A stretch of 64,000 bases of DNA from an uncultured Candidatus Saccharibacteria bacterium (GCA_964572275.1 CAZNED010000002.1:12582-76581); one strand, 5' to 3'; shown: positions 28,497 to 38,422, numbered from the stretch's first letter. Numbers and translations: made by a program. The notes: a model not told the origin generated them from the letters alone.

Positions 28497-31019
28497 TCAA
28501 CTAATGTTTATTTTTACTCGGAAAACCGAATTTGCCAAACTAGACTTCCATCGTATCATAAAATCACTGAACATTCTATATCCTTCATTCTGGTATTCAA
28601 CAAGTGGTTCACGCTGAGCATAGGCTCTTAATCCGACAGATTGTCTCAACTCTTCCATCTCTGTTAAATGCCTTGACCATAAATCGTCTAAGAATCTCAA
28701 GCATAAAGTCTTCCCTAAAATATTCCAATGCGCCGAATCAACTGTTTTCTCAATATGATCACAAGCTTGACGAGCCAAATCCTGAAAATATTCTTTCATC
28801 GCTTCTGGAGCAGATAATCTTTTCTCTTTAGCCAACCTTACTAATTCTCTATGAATATCTTCTCCATTTGGCAAAATAATCTTTGCTCTTTCGGCCATTT
28901 CTTCTAAATTCCAATCTTCTATCACACCAGTTGTATGAGAATTGATAATTTGATCAAATTCTTCTCCAAGCACTTGATCGATTAATTCGCGCCATCGTGC
29001 AGCCCAATCTTTGCTTTCAAAAATCTTTAGAATATCATTTCTCCTTCGATACACTACCTGACGATGTTTATTCAGCACATCGTCATAATCACAAAGCCTT
29101 TTGCGAATATCAAAATTCATTCCCTCAACCTTTCGTTGAGCTGCTTCGATGGCTTTAGAAATTAATGGATGTTCAATCGGTTCGTCTTCCGGTAGATGAA
29201 AACGTTCCATCATTTTTTCTATTCTCTCTCCGCCAAAATATTTAACAATATTCTTTGATTTAGGGAAAATTTCGTTTTTTAACGAAAGAAAGAATATAGA
29301 AGAACCAGGTTCTCCTTGTCGCCCGGCCCGACCACGCAATTGATCGTCGATTCGACGGGCTTCATGACGTTCCGTTCCTAGGACAAGCAATCCGCCCAGA
29401 GACATCACCTTCTGTCTTTCCTCTTCATTAGGAGGATTACCACCCAAGATAATATCAACTCCCCGTCCAGCCATATTAGTAGCCACTGTCACTTGCCCTT
29501 GACGCCCTGCTTGGGCAATCACCTGAGCCTCTTGTTCGTGATATTTGGCGTTTAAAATTTGGCATGGTATTCCTTCACGTCCCAACAATCTTTCAAAATA
29601 TTCATTTGCCTCAACTGATGTTGTTCCGACCAACACCGGCTGACCAATTTTATGTTTTTCTTTTATAGTCGTAACAATCGCTTTAAATTTCGCCTCTTCT
29701 TTTCCATAAACTTTGTCTGGAAGATCCCGTCGAATCATTGGCTGATGAGTTGGAATTGCTTTGACATCTAGACCATAAACTTTATCAAACTCTTCAGCTG
29801 CTGAAACGGCCGTTCCTGTCATCCCGCTTAATTTCGGATACATGCGAAATAGATTCTGCAAAGTGATCGTCGCTAATGTTTTCGATTCAGGCTTGATTAT
29901 CACTCCATCTTTCGCTTCAATAGCCTGATGAATCCCATCGGCATAGCGACGGCCAGGCATCAATCTTCCAGTAAATTCATCAACGATGATAATCTCGCCT
30001 TCTTTAATCAAATAATCAACATCTTTTAAAAAGAGTTCTTTTGCCCTGAGGGCGTTCATTATCCTATGTAAAGATTCTATGTATTGAGGGTGATATAAAT
30101 TATCAATCCCTAAAGCTTTCTCCGCACGATCAATGCCTGTATCTGTTAGGCTAACGACTTTCATCTTGCGGTCCACATTATAATCGTCGCCCTCATTCAA
30201 ACGATCTGCTAACTGCGCAAAACTGATATATTCTTCCGGCTTCATGGTCTCAGATTGAGAAATGATTAATGGAGTTCTAGCTTCATCAATCAATATACTG
30301 TCAACTTCATCAATCACCGCATAATTAAAAGCGCGCTGTACTTTATCATCTAAACGAAAGACAAGATTATCTCGTAAATAATCGAAACCAAATTCATTAT
30401 TAGTACCATATGTGATATCGGCATTGTAAGCTTCCGCACGAGAACATGGTTTTAAAAAATCTTGGATTACCATAAAACCACCGGTTTTGTCTCTGGCGTC
30501 ATCTTTGATTTCAGCTTGACGAAAATTAGGATCATACAAGAATGATTGCTCATGATTTAAAACACTAACGCTCAAGCCAAGCAGATGATAAATCTGCCCC
30601 ATCCATACCGCATCGCGACGAGCCAAATAATCGTTGACTGTTACGACATGCACGCCTAAACCACTTAAAGCATTCAAAAAAACCGGAGCCGTCGCCGCTA
30701 ATGTTTTACCCTCTCCCGTCTTCATCTCGATCACTCTTCCTTGATGTAATGCTATGCCTGCTTGTAACTGACAGTCAAAATGCCTTTGCTTCAAAGTTCG
30801 CGTAGCCGATTCTCGAACAAGCGCGAAAGCCTCTGGCAATAAATCATCAAGCGATTCTCCTTTCTTCACCCGATCTTTTAAATTAATTCCGGCCTGCTCT
30901 ATTTTAGATAATGAAAATTTCTGTAATTCTAAGCCCAAAAAACCGATCCGGTCAACTAAAAACTGGATGCTTCTTAAATAACGTTTATTCGGATCACCGA
31001 TTATTTTATCAAGAAACAT
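28497..31019 (-). CDS. secA: Protein translocase ATPase SecA, without C-terminal Zn finger
   Basis: MKTGEGKT, DEVDSILIDEARTPLIIS, ATNMAGRG, QLRGRAGRQG. Confidence 0.97.
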   Translation of the reverse strand: MFLDKIIGDPNKRYLRSIQFLVDRIGFLGLELQKFSLSKIEQAGINLKDRVKKGESLDDLLPEAFALVRESATRTLKQRHFDCQLQAGIALHQGRVIEMKTGEGKTLAATAPVFLNALSGLGVHVVTVNDYLARRDAVWMGQIYHLLGLSVSVLNHEQSFLYDPNFRQAEIKDDARDKTGGFMVIQDFLKPCSRAEAYNADITYGTNNEFGFDYLRDNLVFRLDDKVQRAFNYAVIDEVDSILIDEARTPLIISQSETMKPEEYISFAQLADRLNEGDDYNVDRKMKVVSLTDTGIDRAEKALGIDNLYHPQYIESLHRIMNALRAKELFLKDVDYLIKEGEIIIVDEFTGRLMPGRRYADGIHQAIEAKDGVIIKPESKTLATITLQNLFRMYPKLSGMTGTAVSAAEEFDKVYGLDVKAIPTHQPMIRRDLPDKVYGKEEAKFKAIVTTIKEKHKIGQPVLVGTTSVEANEYFERLLGREGIPCQILNAKYHEQEAQVIAQAGRQGQVTVATNMAGRGVDIILGGNPPNEEERQKVMSLGGLLVLGTERHEARRIDDQLRGRAGRQGEPGSSIFFLSLKNEIFPKSKNIVKYFGGERIEKMMERFHLPEDEPIEHPLISKAIEAAQRKVEGMNFDIRKRLCDYDDVLNKHRQVVYRRRNDILKIFESKDWAARWRELIDQVLGEEFDQIINSHTTGVIEDWNLEEMAERAKIILPNGEDIHRELVRLAKEKRLSAPEAMKEYFQDLARQACDHIEKTVDSAHWNILGKTLCLRFLDDLWSRHLTEMEELRQSVGLRAYAQREPLVEYQNEGYRMFSDFMIRWKSSLANSVFRVKINIS

Positions 31020-31426
31020 TACTCGTGACGCTCTCTTTTACCTTTAGGAATTCTCTCTCCGGCCCAAAGTCTCATTCTTTTAATTGCGCGAGCGGCCCGC
31101 TTATACATAGCATCTTTTCGTCCACCATAATTTTTTATCTCTCTCTGTAATTTATCTCTGATTTCATCTATCGCTTTAAAAACATCCTGGTTGTAGGCCG
31201 TAACGGCAACAACTTGTCTAGGAAGTATAATCTCGGCACCAATTTTATAGAGATTATTGCGAGCAGCTTCTTTTTCAATCTTAATCCTAATTTCCGTATC
31301 GAGTCGGCTATTATCATTCTTTTTTGCATTAGGCAGAAATTTGTCTAGATTATTGATTTTCTTTTCAAGATAATCACTAACATCCGGCAATAGATTGATG
31401 CTCGGAGCATATATAGTAATCTTCAT
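31019..31426 (-). CDS. hpf: Ribosome hibernation factor HPF/RaiA
   Basis: YLEKKINNLDKF...DVFKAIDEIRDKLQREIK, in the usual position upstream of secA. Confidence 0.85.
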   Translation of the reverse strand: MKITIYAPSINLLPDVSDYLEKKINNLDKFLPNAKKNDNSRLDTEIRIKIEKEAARNNLYKIGAEIILPRQVVAVTAYNQDVFKAIDEIRDKLQREIKNYGGRKDAMYKRAARAIKRMRLWAGERIPKGKRERHE

Positions 31427-31486
31427 AATTCATTTAAATTAAGGCAATATCAGCATAACACTTGCCTAAGCCATATTCAATAAACG

Positions 31487-31511
31487 AAAAAGCCCCCTTG
31501 CGGGAGCTTTT
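31487..31511. terminator. Bidirectional terminator hairpin
   Basis: AAAAGCCCC-cttg-cGGGAGCTTTT. Confidence 0.6.
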
Positions 31512-31521
31512 ATTTTCAGAA

Positions 31522-31656
31522 TTAAGCTTCGTTAAGATCTAAGTCCGAATCGTCTTCTTCTTCCTCGTCTACATCGCTGTCATCATCGGCGAAGTCGAAA
31601 TCAGGAGCGTCATCTCCTAATTCCTCATCTACATCTTTCTCTAAATCGTCTTCCAT
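31522..31656 (-). CDS. Hyperacidic 44-aa microprotein (missing from ORF track)
   Basis: MEDDLEKDVDEELGDDAPDFDFADDDSDVDEEEEDDSDLDLNEA, with an upstream TTGACA element and a downstream terminator. Confidence 0.7.
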   Translation of the reverse strand: MEDDLEKDVDEELGDDAPDFDFADDDSDVDEEEEDDSDLDLNEA

Positions 31657-31775
31657 GATATTTAGTGATTAATTAGTGATTAATTATAAGATACCTTAAG
31701 CAGCCGACTTATCTCTGCTAAAAGTACTTTCACAAGTTATATTATGTTACAAAATTTGTCAAGCTGTTTTTGCCA

Positions 31776-32672
31776 TTATCTTGGCAAATAAATAATCTCC
31801 TCTGTCAGATTTAAGCCGAATTCTCGATGAATACAGCTTTTTATAAGCTCAATTAAAGCTATGATTTCTTCGCTTTTTGCTCCCCCCAGATTAACGATAA
31901 AATTGGCATGTTTTTCAGAAATTTGAGCATTGCCAATACGCCGACCCTTAAATCCGGCCTGATCTATGAGTGCTCCAGCCGATTGTCCTTCTGGATTTTT
32001 AAAGATACAACCAGCTGAAGGATAAGATCGCGGCTGAGTTGCAACTTTCTTCCGAATTAAATCCCGTAAGTTGTTTAAAACTATTTCAGCATCACCATGA
32101 TGTTGAGACAGAACCACCGATGTAATCACTTTATCGCCTTGATGGCGGAAAATGCTATCGCGATATTCAAAATTGCACTCATCATTGACGTAAGATTTAA
32201 AATCCATTTTATCGCAATCAAAAAAGCGAACTTCTTCCACTAAATGCCCGATATTATGCTCCGGAGTTCCCGCATTGCCACAAATAGCCCCACCAATTGT
32301 TCCCGGAATGACCGCTTCCCATTCAAATCCAGATAATCCTCGTTTTACCGATTCAATAACCAATTTGTTCAGTGCTGTACCGGCGCCCACATGTATCTTC
32401 TGATCCTCCCATTTAATAAATTCAATATCCATTTGAATCACCAATCCCGAGAAACCTTTGTCTGAAACTAATAAATTACTTCCTCCACCGAGTATAAAAA
32501 CAGGGCAATCGATAGCTTGAGCGTTCTCTATGGCTTCCAATAATTCATCTTCCGACTTTACTTTGATAAAATATCTCGCCAACCCCCCTACTTTGAAAGT
32601 AGTATAATCTTTCAGCGATACATTCTCTTGCCAATTTTTGCCAAAATATTTATCCATTTTTTTAAGGGTCAA
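31776..32672 (-). CDS. murB: UDP-N-acetylenolpyruvoylglucosamine reductase
   Basis: TTFKVGG, LGGGSNLL, IPGTIGGA..NAG, YRDSIF, SAGCIFKNP, KHANFIVN. Confidence 0.95.
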   Translation of the reverse strand: MTLKKMDKYFGKNWQENVSLKDYTTFKVGGLARYFIKVKSEDELLEAIENAQAIDCPVFILGGGSNLLVSDKGFSGLVIQMDIEFIKWEDQKIHVGAGTALNKLVIESVKRGLSGFEWEAVIPGTIGGAICGNAGTPEHNIGHLVEEVRFFDCDKMDFKSYVNDECNFEYRDSIFRHQGDKVITSVVLSQHHGDAEIVLNNLRDLIRKKVATQPRSYPSAGCIFKNPEGQSAGALIDQAGFKGRRIGNAQISEKHANFIVNLGGAKSEEIIALIELIKSCIHREFGLNLTEEIIYLPR

Positions 32673-34362
32673 TGAATAAAAGCTCGTTCAATTTCGATCT
32701 AGTGCGAACTCCAACATAACCTGTGCCCGATGATAATCCAACTGGACTCAAAATATTATCCGCATATTTTTCTTGGAATCTGACAATGGCTTGACGAGTT
32801 AATTCATAAAAATATCCGGTTACCAATCCTTCTGGATAAACATCTGGCTCCTGAATGGCTAAGAATAATTGCAATGCCTTTACCGATTCACCGCTTGATC
32901 CTAAAAATAAATCTTCAGTAAATGAACCGAGATTTATCCCCTGCTGTCGCGATAAAGTTAGCGCAATTTGACTGCGAAGATAAATTATCTGGCGGTATAA
33001 AGAATTAATTGTTTCTTGTAGCTCTAAAATAATTTTATCCTCCTTAGCCTGGGGAACCATAACTGCCTCCCATTTAAAAGGATAATAATCCTCTAATCCA
33101 TTAAACCCGGAGTGTTTACTCTGAATAGAAGGAATTATAGTGATCGAGTAATATTTAGTACCAAATTTAGGAATAATAATTTCCCCATTCTGATAATCAC
33201 TTAAGTTGAAAAAACCGACTTCGGCAACTCCCTGACGATTAACTGTCACATATGGTACCTTGAATAATGTTTCAGATTGACCAAAAAAATTAAGATATAA
33301 ATCTCCGTCACCACCAATAAATCTAACCCATTGAGCCGACCAGTTCTGTAGGCGATCAGTTGAAGAAAGCGTGCTTTCTCCATCTAACGGAAGAAAATTA
33401 GTTTTGGGAATAATGCGTAAATTCTTAAGATTATTATTAAGATAACAATAATATTCTCCTAAAGAACAATTATTAACTAATACTGCGATCGTCCAGTTCG
33501 TATATATTTGAGCAAAATCTTCCTTGTATCCATTCTTGATTAAAGCCTCATTCAAAGAAGCTATGCCAACCTTCTTTGAATCCAGTGAGTCTGATAATAT
33601 TTTTTGACCATAGTGATCAACTAAATATTGCGCAAAAAGATTAAGAGCCCCATAATCGGCAACTTTTTCCTGCCAATCAACTAGCGAATTATTAGAATAT
33701 TCTAGAAATATCCTGGCTCTTTGCTGTAAATTACTATCATCATAAATTCTGTCATAACCCACCAGAGTAGGCGCATATTCGGCCCGAGCTTCGTTTAACC
33801 AAGTCTCTTCGGTAACTTGATGAGTTTTTTCTTTCTTATGATAGGTTATCAGATGCATCAATTCGTGCGACAACAAGCTCCGGATGTAATAACTGTTTAG
33901 ATGGACGCTATTTAAATAAACTACCTGTCTTTGGTTGGAAAATGGATTCTGCAAACGATCTTGCTGATCAATCGGACGGAAATATCCCCCGGCACTACCA
34001 CGCATCTGGTGAATGAAAATATTTATTTTCTGATCGATCGTTTGAATCTTCCAACTCCAATTATAAGCATCACTTAAGATGGGAAAGATATTCTCCTCGA
34101 ACTCATAAGCAAGTATTTTTAAATAGTCACTGTTTTTTGTTCTATCTTCCTCGCTAAGGGCTTGCCACCAATCTTGTTCAACATAGAATCTCCCTTTGCT
34201 TGTTTCTTCCATTAAAATAGCAACCAATTCTTCTCGTTCATATAAGTCATATTGACTATTAACAAAAAAAGAATCAGTTGTATTGGCTGAAGCAGATTGA
34301 GCCACTAAAAACAACCCGAATAATACCAAAATTAGAGAGGTTTTTCTCAAAAGAAGAAACAT
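32662..34362 (-). CDS. Secreted zinc metallopeptidase (M30-like) with C-terminal peptidoglycan-binding domain
   Basis: Signal peptide, GGYF, SHELMH...WLNEARAE, and a C-terminal VKALQ..L...TGYF..LTRQAIVRFQ domain. Confidence 0.75.
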   Translation of the reverse strand: MFLLLRKTSLILVLFGLFLVAQSASANTTDSFFVNSQYDLYEREELVAILMEETSKGRFYVEQDWWQALSEEDRTKNSDYLKILAYEFEENIFPILSDAYNWSWKIQTIDQKINIFIHQMRGSAGGYFRPIDQQDRLQNPFSNQRQVVYLNSVHLNSYYIRSLLSHELMHLITYHKKEKTHQVTEETWLNEARAEYAPTLVGYDRIYDDSNLQQRARIFLEYSNNSLVDWQEKVADYGALNLFAQYLVDHYGQKILSDSLDSKKVGIASLNEALIKNGYKEDFAQIYTNWTIAVLVNNCSLGEYYCYLNNNLKNLRIIPKTNFLPLDGESTLSSTDRLQNWSAQWVRFIGGDGDLYLNFFGQSETLFKVPYVTVNRQGVAEVGFFNLSDYQNGEIIIPKFGTKYYSITIIPSIQSKHSGFNGLEDYYPFKWEAVMVPQAKEDKIILELQETINSLYRQIIYLRSQIALTLSRQQGINLGSFTEDLFLGSSGESVKALQLFLAIQEPDVYPEGLVTGYFYELTRQAIVRFQEKYADNILSPVGLSSGTGYVGVRTRSKLNELLFIDP

Positions 34363-34407
34363 ATCTTGCCTATTTTAACACAAGGAAACTTCAAAACAAT
34401 CTAGCTG

Positions 34408-34593
34408 TTATCTTATCCAAAAGATATTTATGATTCCTATCGCAATTAATGCAACAGCTACTATAAAGGCTAGAGTAATCAGGATCAGTTCTGGTTTAAC
34501 GAGAATTAAAATTCCTAATAACACCAAAAGCAATCCTTGCCCTATCCGATAATATCTATTAGTATTAATTTTTATTTTAGATAGATATTTCAA
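34408..34593 (-). CDS. Small two-TM membrane protein
   Basis: Hydrophobic hairpin with a central P-E-L. ATGA overlap with the mscS-family stop. Confidence 0.65.
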   Translation of the reverse strand: MKYLSKIKINTNRYYRIGQGLLLVLLGILILVKPELILITLAFIVAVALIAIGIINIFWIR

Positions 34594-35615
34594 CGTCCTA
34601 ATATATTAATACCGTTTTGAGATAGCTTATCTTTCAGGGCTAATGCAATTTGTTTATAAATCATCTGCATTTCATGATATTCAGATGTTTCTAAATCGTA
34701 GGTTAATTCAAAAACTGGTCCATGAGCTCCGAAAAATTTAAAATCAATTTGTCCACATTTAACAAAATCCTGATTATCTAAAATCTCCTTTACTAGATTA
34801 TCCATTTTATTCAATGCTTCCGAAGGCACTGCGTAATCCACACTAAAAATCAAAGACATTCGCGTTGAATTCTTTTTGCTGTAATTATAAATAATCTTGT
34901 TAGCTAAATCTTGATTTGGCAAGATAATATTTTCTCCATTCGGTCCTCTTAATTGCGTCGATCTTATCCCGATTCTCTCAATCCGTCCCTGGGCTTCTCC
35001 AGGCGCTCCATGATTATCACCAATAACTATAAAATCACCTTCGGCAAAGATATGATCGGAGTAGATCATGAAAGAAGTGAATAACTCGGATAATATCTTT
35101 TGAGAGGCAATCGCAAACAGAACGCCACTCACTCCTAATCCTGCTAGCAATACTTTTATATCGTAATTAAAAAGAGAAATAACTACCAATATCGCCCCCA
35201 CCCAGAGAATGATATCAAATACACGATTAAAAAATTTTAAAGAAGTAATATTACGCCTATTCTCTTTGCGATCAGCTATCAATGATTCGGTGCGGCAGCT
35301 AATTAAGCGATGGATTAGCCATGTTACGTAAAAGATAAAAATTACAAGAAAGATTGACTGGAATTTCTCCCAAACAATTTGATTCATAGGAAAGATATAA
35401 GAAGAAACGCATAGAGCCAAAAAAAGACTCAAAAACAGCCAACTGCTTTTGAATACTCTTACAATAGAACAAAACAAATTCGTATAAGATTTAACAGCGC
35501 ATCTGATAATTCTTCCCAAGAATATCAATTCTACTAAGCGCATGAAACATAATATTGATAAGAAAATAACTAACGATCTTAGGATAGAAATTATAAGAGC
35601 TTCGTAGATGATCAT
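34590..35615 (-). CDS. MscS-family mechanosensitive channel
   Basis: LLAGLGVSG..FAIASQ, F..GDFI, GRIERIGIRST, IILPN. Confidence 0.88.
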   Translation of the reverse strand: MIIYEALIISILRSLVIFLSILCFMRLVELIFLGRIIRCAVKSYTNLFCSIVRVFKSSWLFLSLFLALCVSSYIFPMNQIVWEKFQSIFLVIFIFYVTWLIHRLISCRTESLIADRKENRRNITSLKFFNRVFDIILWVGAILVVISLFNYDIKVLLAGLGVSGVLFAIASQKILSELFTSFMIYSDHIFAEGDFIVIGDNHGAPGEAQGRIERIGIRSTQLRGPNGENIILPNQDLANKIIYNYSKKNSTRMSLIFSVDYAVPSEALNKMDNLVKEILDNQDFVKCGQIDFKFFGAHGPVFELTYDLETSEYHEMQMIYKQIALALKDKLSQNGINILGR

Positions 35616-35737
35616 GATTTAACTGTTTGATTTATCCTTTGTTTCAGGTCTTTCCAAAGTAAATAAATAGAATTAATAATTAAAAAAATCGGTAAAAACT
35701 TAAGTAATGCTTTTTCGCTAAATTTGTCCCATTCCAT
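35612..35737 (-). CDS. 41-aa single-TM microprotein (missing from ORF track)
   Basis: MEWDKFSEKALLKFLPIFLIINSIYLLWKDLKQRINQTVKS. Its TGA overlaps the mscS-family ATG (ATGA). Confidence 0.55.
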   Translation of the reverse strand: MEWDKFSEKALLKFLPIFLIINSIYLLWKDLKQRINQTVKS

Positions 35738-35767
35738 AATTAAATTATTCCATTATTGATGAGCTTT

Positions 35768-36298
35768 TCAAGGCTGCAGAGACTCTTCGGCAGATCTTCC
35801 TCCGACTGTAATGATCACCTCTTCTATTGCCGGAAACTGTAGTAATGTTTTATTTATCTGCTCTCTTAATGTGATAACAGTTGCTGATCCAGCCAAGGAA
35901 GCAGCTTCTTCGTCGAGATCAACATGCGCAATACCCTCTTCTACTGTTAAATTATTTAGTTGCAGATCTGATGGTATGGCTGTGCTTAAAAAATCTTTCT
36001 CAATATCATTCGGACCAGAAAACAGCATTCTCAGAGCTTCTTCTGGATTCCAGAGATTTGACATTATCGTTCGCTCAACAGGTTGAACCATATCGGCATA
36101 ATCAGCTGTTCCATCAATCATCATCTCTTGATTGATGAAATAAAGATTGACGATTATATCTTCTCCGTATGTCATTGCACTTTCATCTGTTACATCTGGT
36201 TCAGGCATAACCGGCCGACCTATTTTTGATCCTACAAAAGTCACAACTATTATTAGAATAGCTAAGGCAACAATAGCAACAGCTGTATCTTTTGACAT
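35768..36298 (-). CDS. GerMN-domain membrane-anchored protein
   Basis: LYF...PVERT...ALRMLFSGP...TAIP...QINKTLLQFPAIEEV. Confidence 0.85.
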   Translation of the reverse strand: MSKDTAVAIVALAILIIVVTFVGSKIGRPVMPEPDVTDESAMTYGEDIIVNLYFINQEMMIDGTADYADMVQPVERTIMSNLWNPEEALRMLFSGPNDIEKDFLSTAIPSDLQLNNLTVEEGIAHVDLDEEAASLAGSATVITLREQINKTLLQFPAIEEVIITVGGRSAEESLQP

Positions 36299-36348
36299 AA
36301 TATCAACAAATTAATATACATTTATCTTATCATAAAATTTAGATAAAC

Positions 36349-36375
36349 AAAAAACCTCGTCGATCGAGGTTTTTT
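36349..36375. terminator. Bidirectional terminator
   Basis: AAAAAACCTCG-tcgat-CGAGGTTTTTT. Confidence 0.75.
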
Positions 36376-36389
36376 GTATTATATAATGA

Positions 36390-36794
36390 TTATTCCGCAG
36401 GTGTTTCAACTTCCTCTTCAACTTCTCCCTCAACCGCCTCTTCTGTCTCTTCTGCAATGCCGGCTTCTATGATTTCAACGGGCAAACCCCACATATGGAC
36501 ATCGACGTAATCTTCGTCGACTCTAGCCGTGAAATCAATTTCTAAGCCATCTTCTTGAAGCGATTCGTCCAAATTGATTGGGAAGTATTGATAACCATCA
36601 AAAGATACGATTCCAAAGAAACCACCTTCCAAGTCAATATAGGTGACTGTTCCTGTCGTATCAATCGTGATCTCTTCTTCTGTTTCTGTCTCTGGCTCCA
36701 CTTCGACCTTCGGACCACTGAAGATAAGGATTGCTCCAATAATGACAATAACGATTACTAGAACAATGATTAAAAGATTAACTTTTGACTTCAT
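36390..36794 (-). CDS. Membrane-anchored acidic hypothetical protein
   Basis: N-terminal TM segment, GTVTYIDLEGGFFGI...MWG core, Glu-rich tail. Confidence 0.7.
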   Translation of the reverse strand: MKSKVNLLIIVLVIVIVIIGAILIFSGPKVEVEPETETEEEITIDTTGTVTYIDLEGGFFGIVSFDGYQYFPINLDESLQEDGLEIDFTARVDEDYVDVHMWGLPVEIIEAGIAEETEEAVEGEVEEEVETPAE

Positions 36795-36806
36795 TAAATT
36801 TATTAA

Positions 36807-37607
36807 TTAATTAATTTCGTAAGTAATCCTTACGCTAACTTCGACCTTGTTTTCGCCCGACTGAATCGATGGAACTATCGACGAATCCATTGATTCAGGA
36901 TATGCCATATCACCGGCGCCCCGGGCCCAGAGCACAGCCGGCACATCCTCATAATAATAAATGATCCTTGACAAACTAACTCCTAATTGATCAGCTAATT
37001 CTTCGGCTTTTTGGCGAGCTTGTATTATGGCTTCACCTCTGATCTCGTCTCTGACCGCATCTTCATTTTCGACTATAAACGAAAACTCCCCTACTTGATT
37101 AGCCCCAAGTTCAGTTGCACGCTGAATGATCTGGCCAATACTATCAAAATCTCTGATCCGCACTTCTAACATCTGATTAACCTCATATCCGGCCAAGATT
37201 CTTTCTCCTTCAATATAATCTTTCTGGGTGAGCCATTCATAGCGCGGAGATAGCGTGAATTGTGTTGTCTTAAGATTCTCGTCTTCTAATCCGATTTCTG
37301 TTTTAAGAGCTTCAATAACAGCATTCATCTTGGTAACATTTTCCGCCATCGCATCATTCACGTTTTCAGCTTCGGTCTTAACACCCATATTGATTATGGC
37401 CAAATCAGGTTTTACAAACTTTTCAGCCTGGCCAGAAACTGTAATCTCACTGCGCAACTCTGGATTTTGACCGATATAACGATATTCTTTCAGACGATTA
37501 AAGAATTCTACAGTTGTTACTGCCGTTACAATCATAAGCAATACTGTTGCAATTCCCAAAAAGCCATTCAATTTATGTCGCCAATCTAATTTTTCATTTT
37601 GATCCAT
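36807..37607 (-). CDS. SIMPL/DUF541 family protein
   Basis: ITVSG.A...VKPDLA, GANQV..., AI.QARQKAEELA. Confidence 0.88.
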   Translation of the reverse strand: MDQNEKLDWRHKLNGFLGIATVLLMIVTAVTTVEFFNRLKEYRYIGQNPELRSEITVSGQAEKFVKPDLAIINMGVKTEAENVNDAMAENVTKMNAVIEALKTEIGLEDENLKTTQFTLSPRYEWLTQKDYIEGERILAGYEVNQMLEVRIRDFDSIGQIIQRATELGANQVGEFSFIVENEDAVRDEIRGEAIIQARQKAEELADQLGVSLSRIIYYYEDVPAVLWARGAGDMAYPESMDSSIVPSIQSGENKVEVSVRITYEIN

Positions 37608-37630
37608 GATTCGATTTATGTGAATTAATT

Positions 37631-37807
37631 TTACTGAATATTATTATCAAGCTCTTCAAAGGTGTGACCTTCTGAGCAACCGTTGGCATCTTTGACTAGT
37701 AACTCCATTGGCTGACCACAGCACGATAACTGCCCCTCGCCTCCGTTCAAAACTTGAATAACATTGCCACAAATATGACACTGATAGATTTGATCTTTCT
37801 CGGTCAT
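37631..37807 (-). CDS. Desulforedoxin-like Fe(Cys)4 protein, 58 aa (missing from ORF track)
   Basis: MTEKDQIYQCHICGNVIQVLNGGEGQLSCCGQPMELL... carries CxxC...CCGQPM. Starts immediately after the rubrerythrin stop. Confidence 0.88.
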   Translation of the reverse strand: MTEKDQIYQCHICGNVIQVLNGGEGQLSCCGQPMELLVKDANGCSEGHTFEELDNNIQ

Positions 37808-38383
37808 TTAATATTCTTCGCATTTAACTTGAAAATAGGAGCGGTCATGATGACAAGACGGACATTTTTCCGGTGGTTCAAATCCAGAATGAGCATATCC
37901 GCACTCCCGACAAACCCAATGTGTTTCTTTCTCTTTTTTAAAAATCGCTGCTTTTTTCAATTGTTCAAGTATCTTTTCGTAACGTTCATGATGATGTTTT
38001 TCAGCAATGGCAATCGCCATCAATCGTGCCGATACATCAGCATATCCTTCTTCTTCAGCTATGCGAGCAAATTCCGGATACATTTCCGAATACTCATGAG
38101 CCTCTCCCGCAATAGCTGATTGTAAATTTGCGATGGTGTCACCGCCGATAATTGGAGTGTCTAACTCTATTTTCAATTGATTAAGATTACCACTATTTAA
38201 ATCGTTTAATAAATCCCAAAGCGTCTCGGCATGCTCTCTTTCGTTATCTGATGTTAAAAGAAAAATTTCGGCAATTTGTTGATACCCCTCTTTTTTAGCT
38301 ACTTTCGAAAAAAAAGTATAGCGATTTCGAGCCATACTCTCACCAATAAAAGCCATTGTTAAATTTTTAAGGGTATTCTCCAT
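37808..38383 (-). CDS. rbr: Rubrerythrin
   Basis: AFIGESMARNRY, EREHA, EKHH, WVCRECG...CPSC. Confidence 0.95.
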   Translation of the reverse strand: MENTLKNLTMAFIGESMARNRYTFFSKVAKKEGYQQIAEIFLLTSDNEREHAETLWDLLNDLNSGNLNQLKIELDTPIIGGDTIANLQSAIAGEAHEYSEMYPEFARIAEEEGYADVSARLMAIAIAEKHHHERYEKILEQLKKAAIFKKEKETHWVCRECGYAHSGFEPPEKCPSCHHDRSYFQVKCEEY

Positions 38384-38422
38384 AACACGCTGATTATAAC
38401 GCTCAAGCCCAATAAATGCAAA

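Noticed and set aside
31663-31686. Tandem TAGTGATTAAT repeat as CRISPR or iteron
   Set aside because: Only two adjacent copies, with no spacers and no cas genes.
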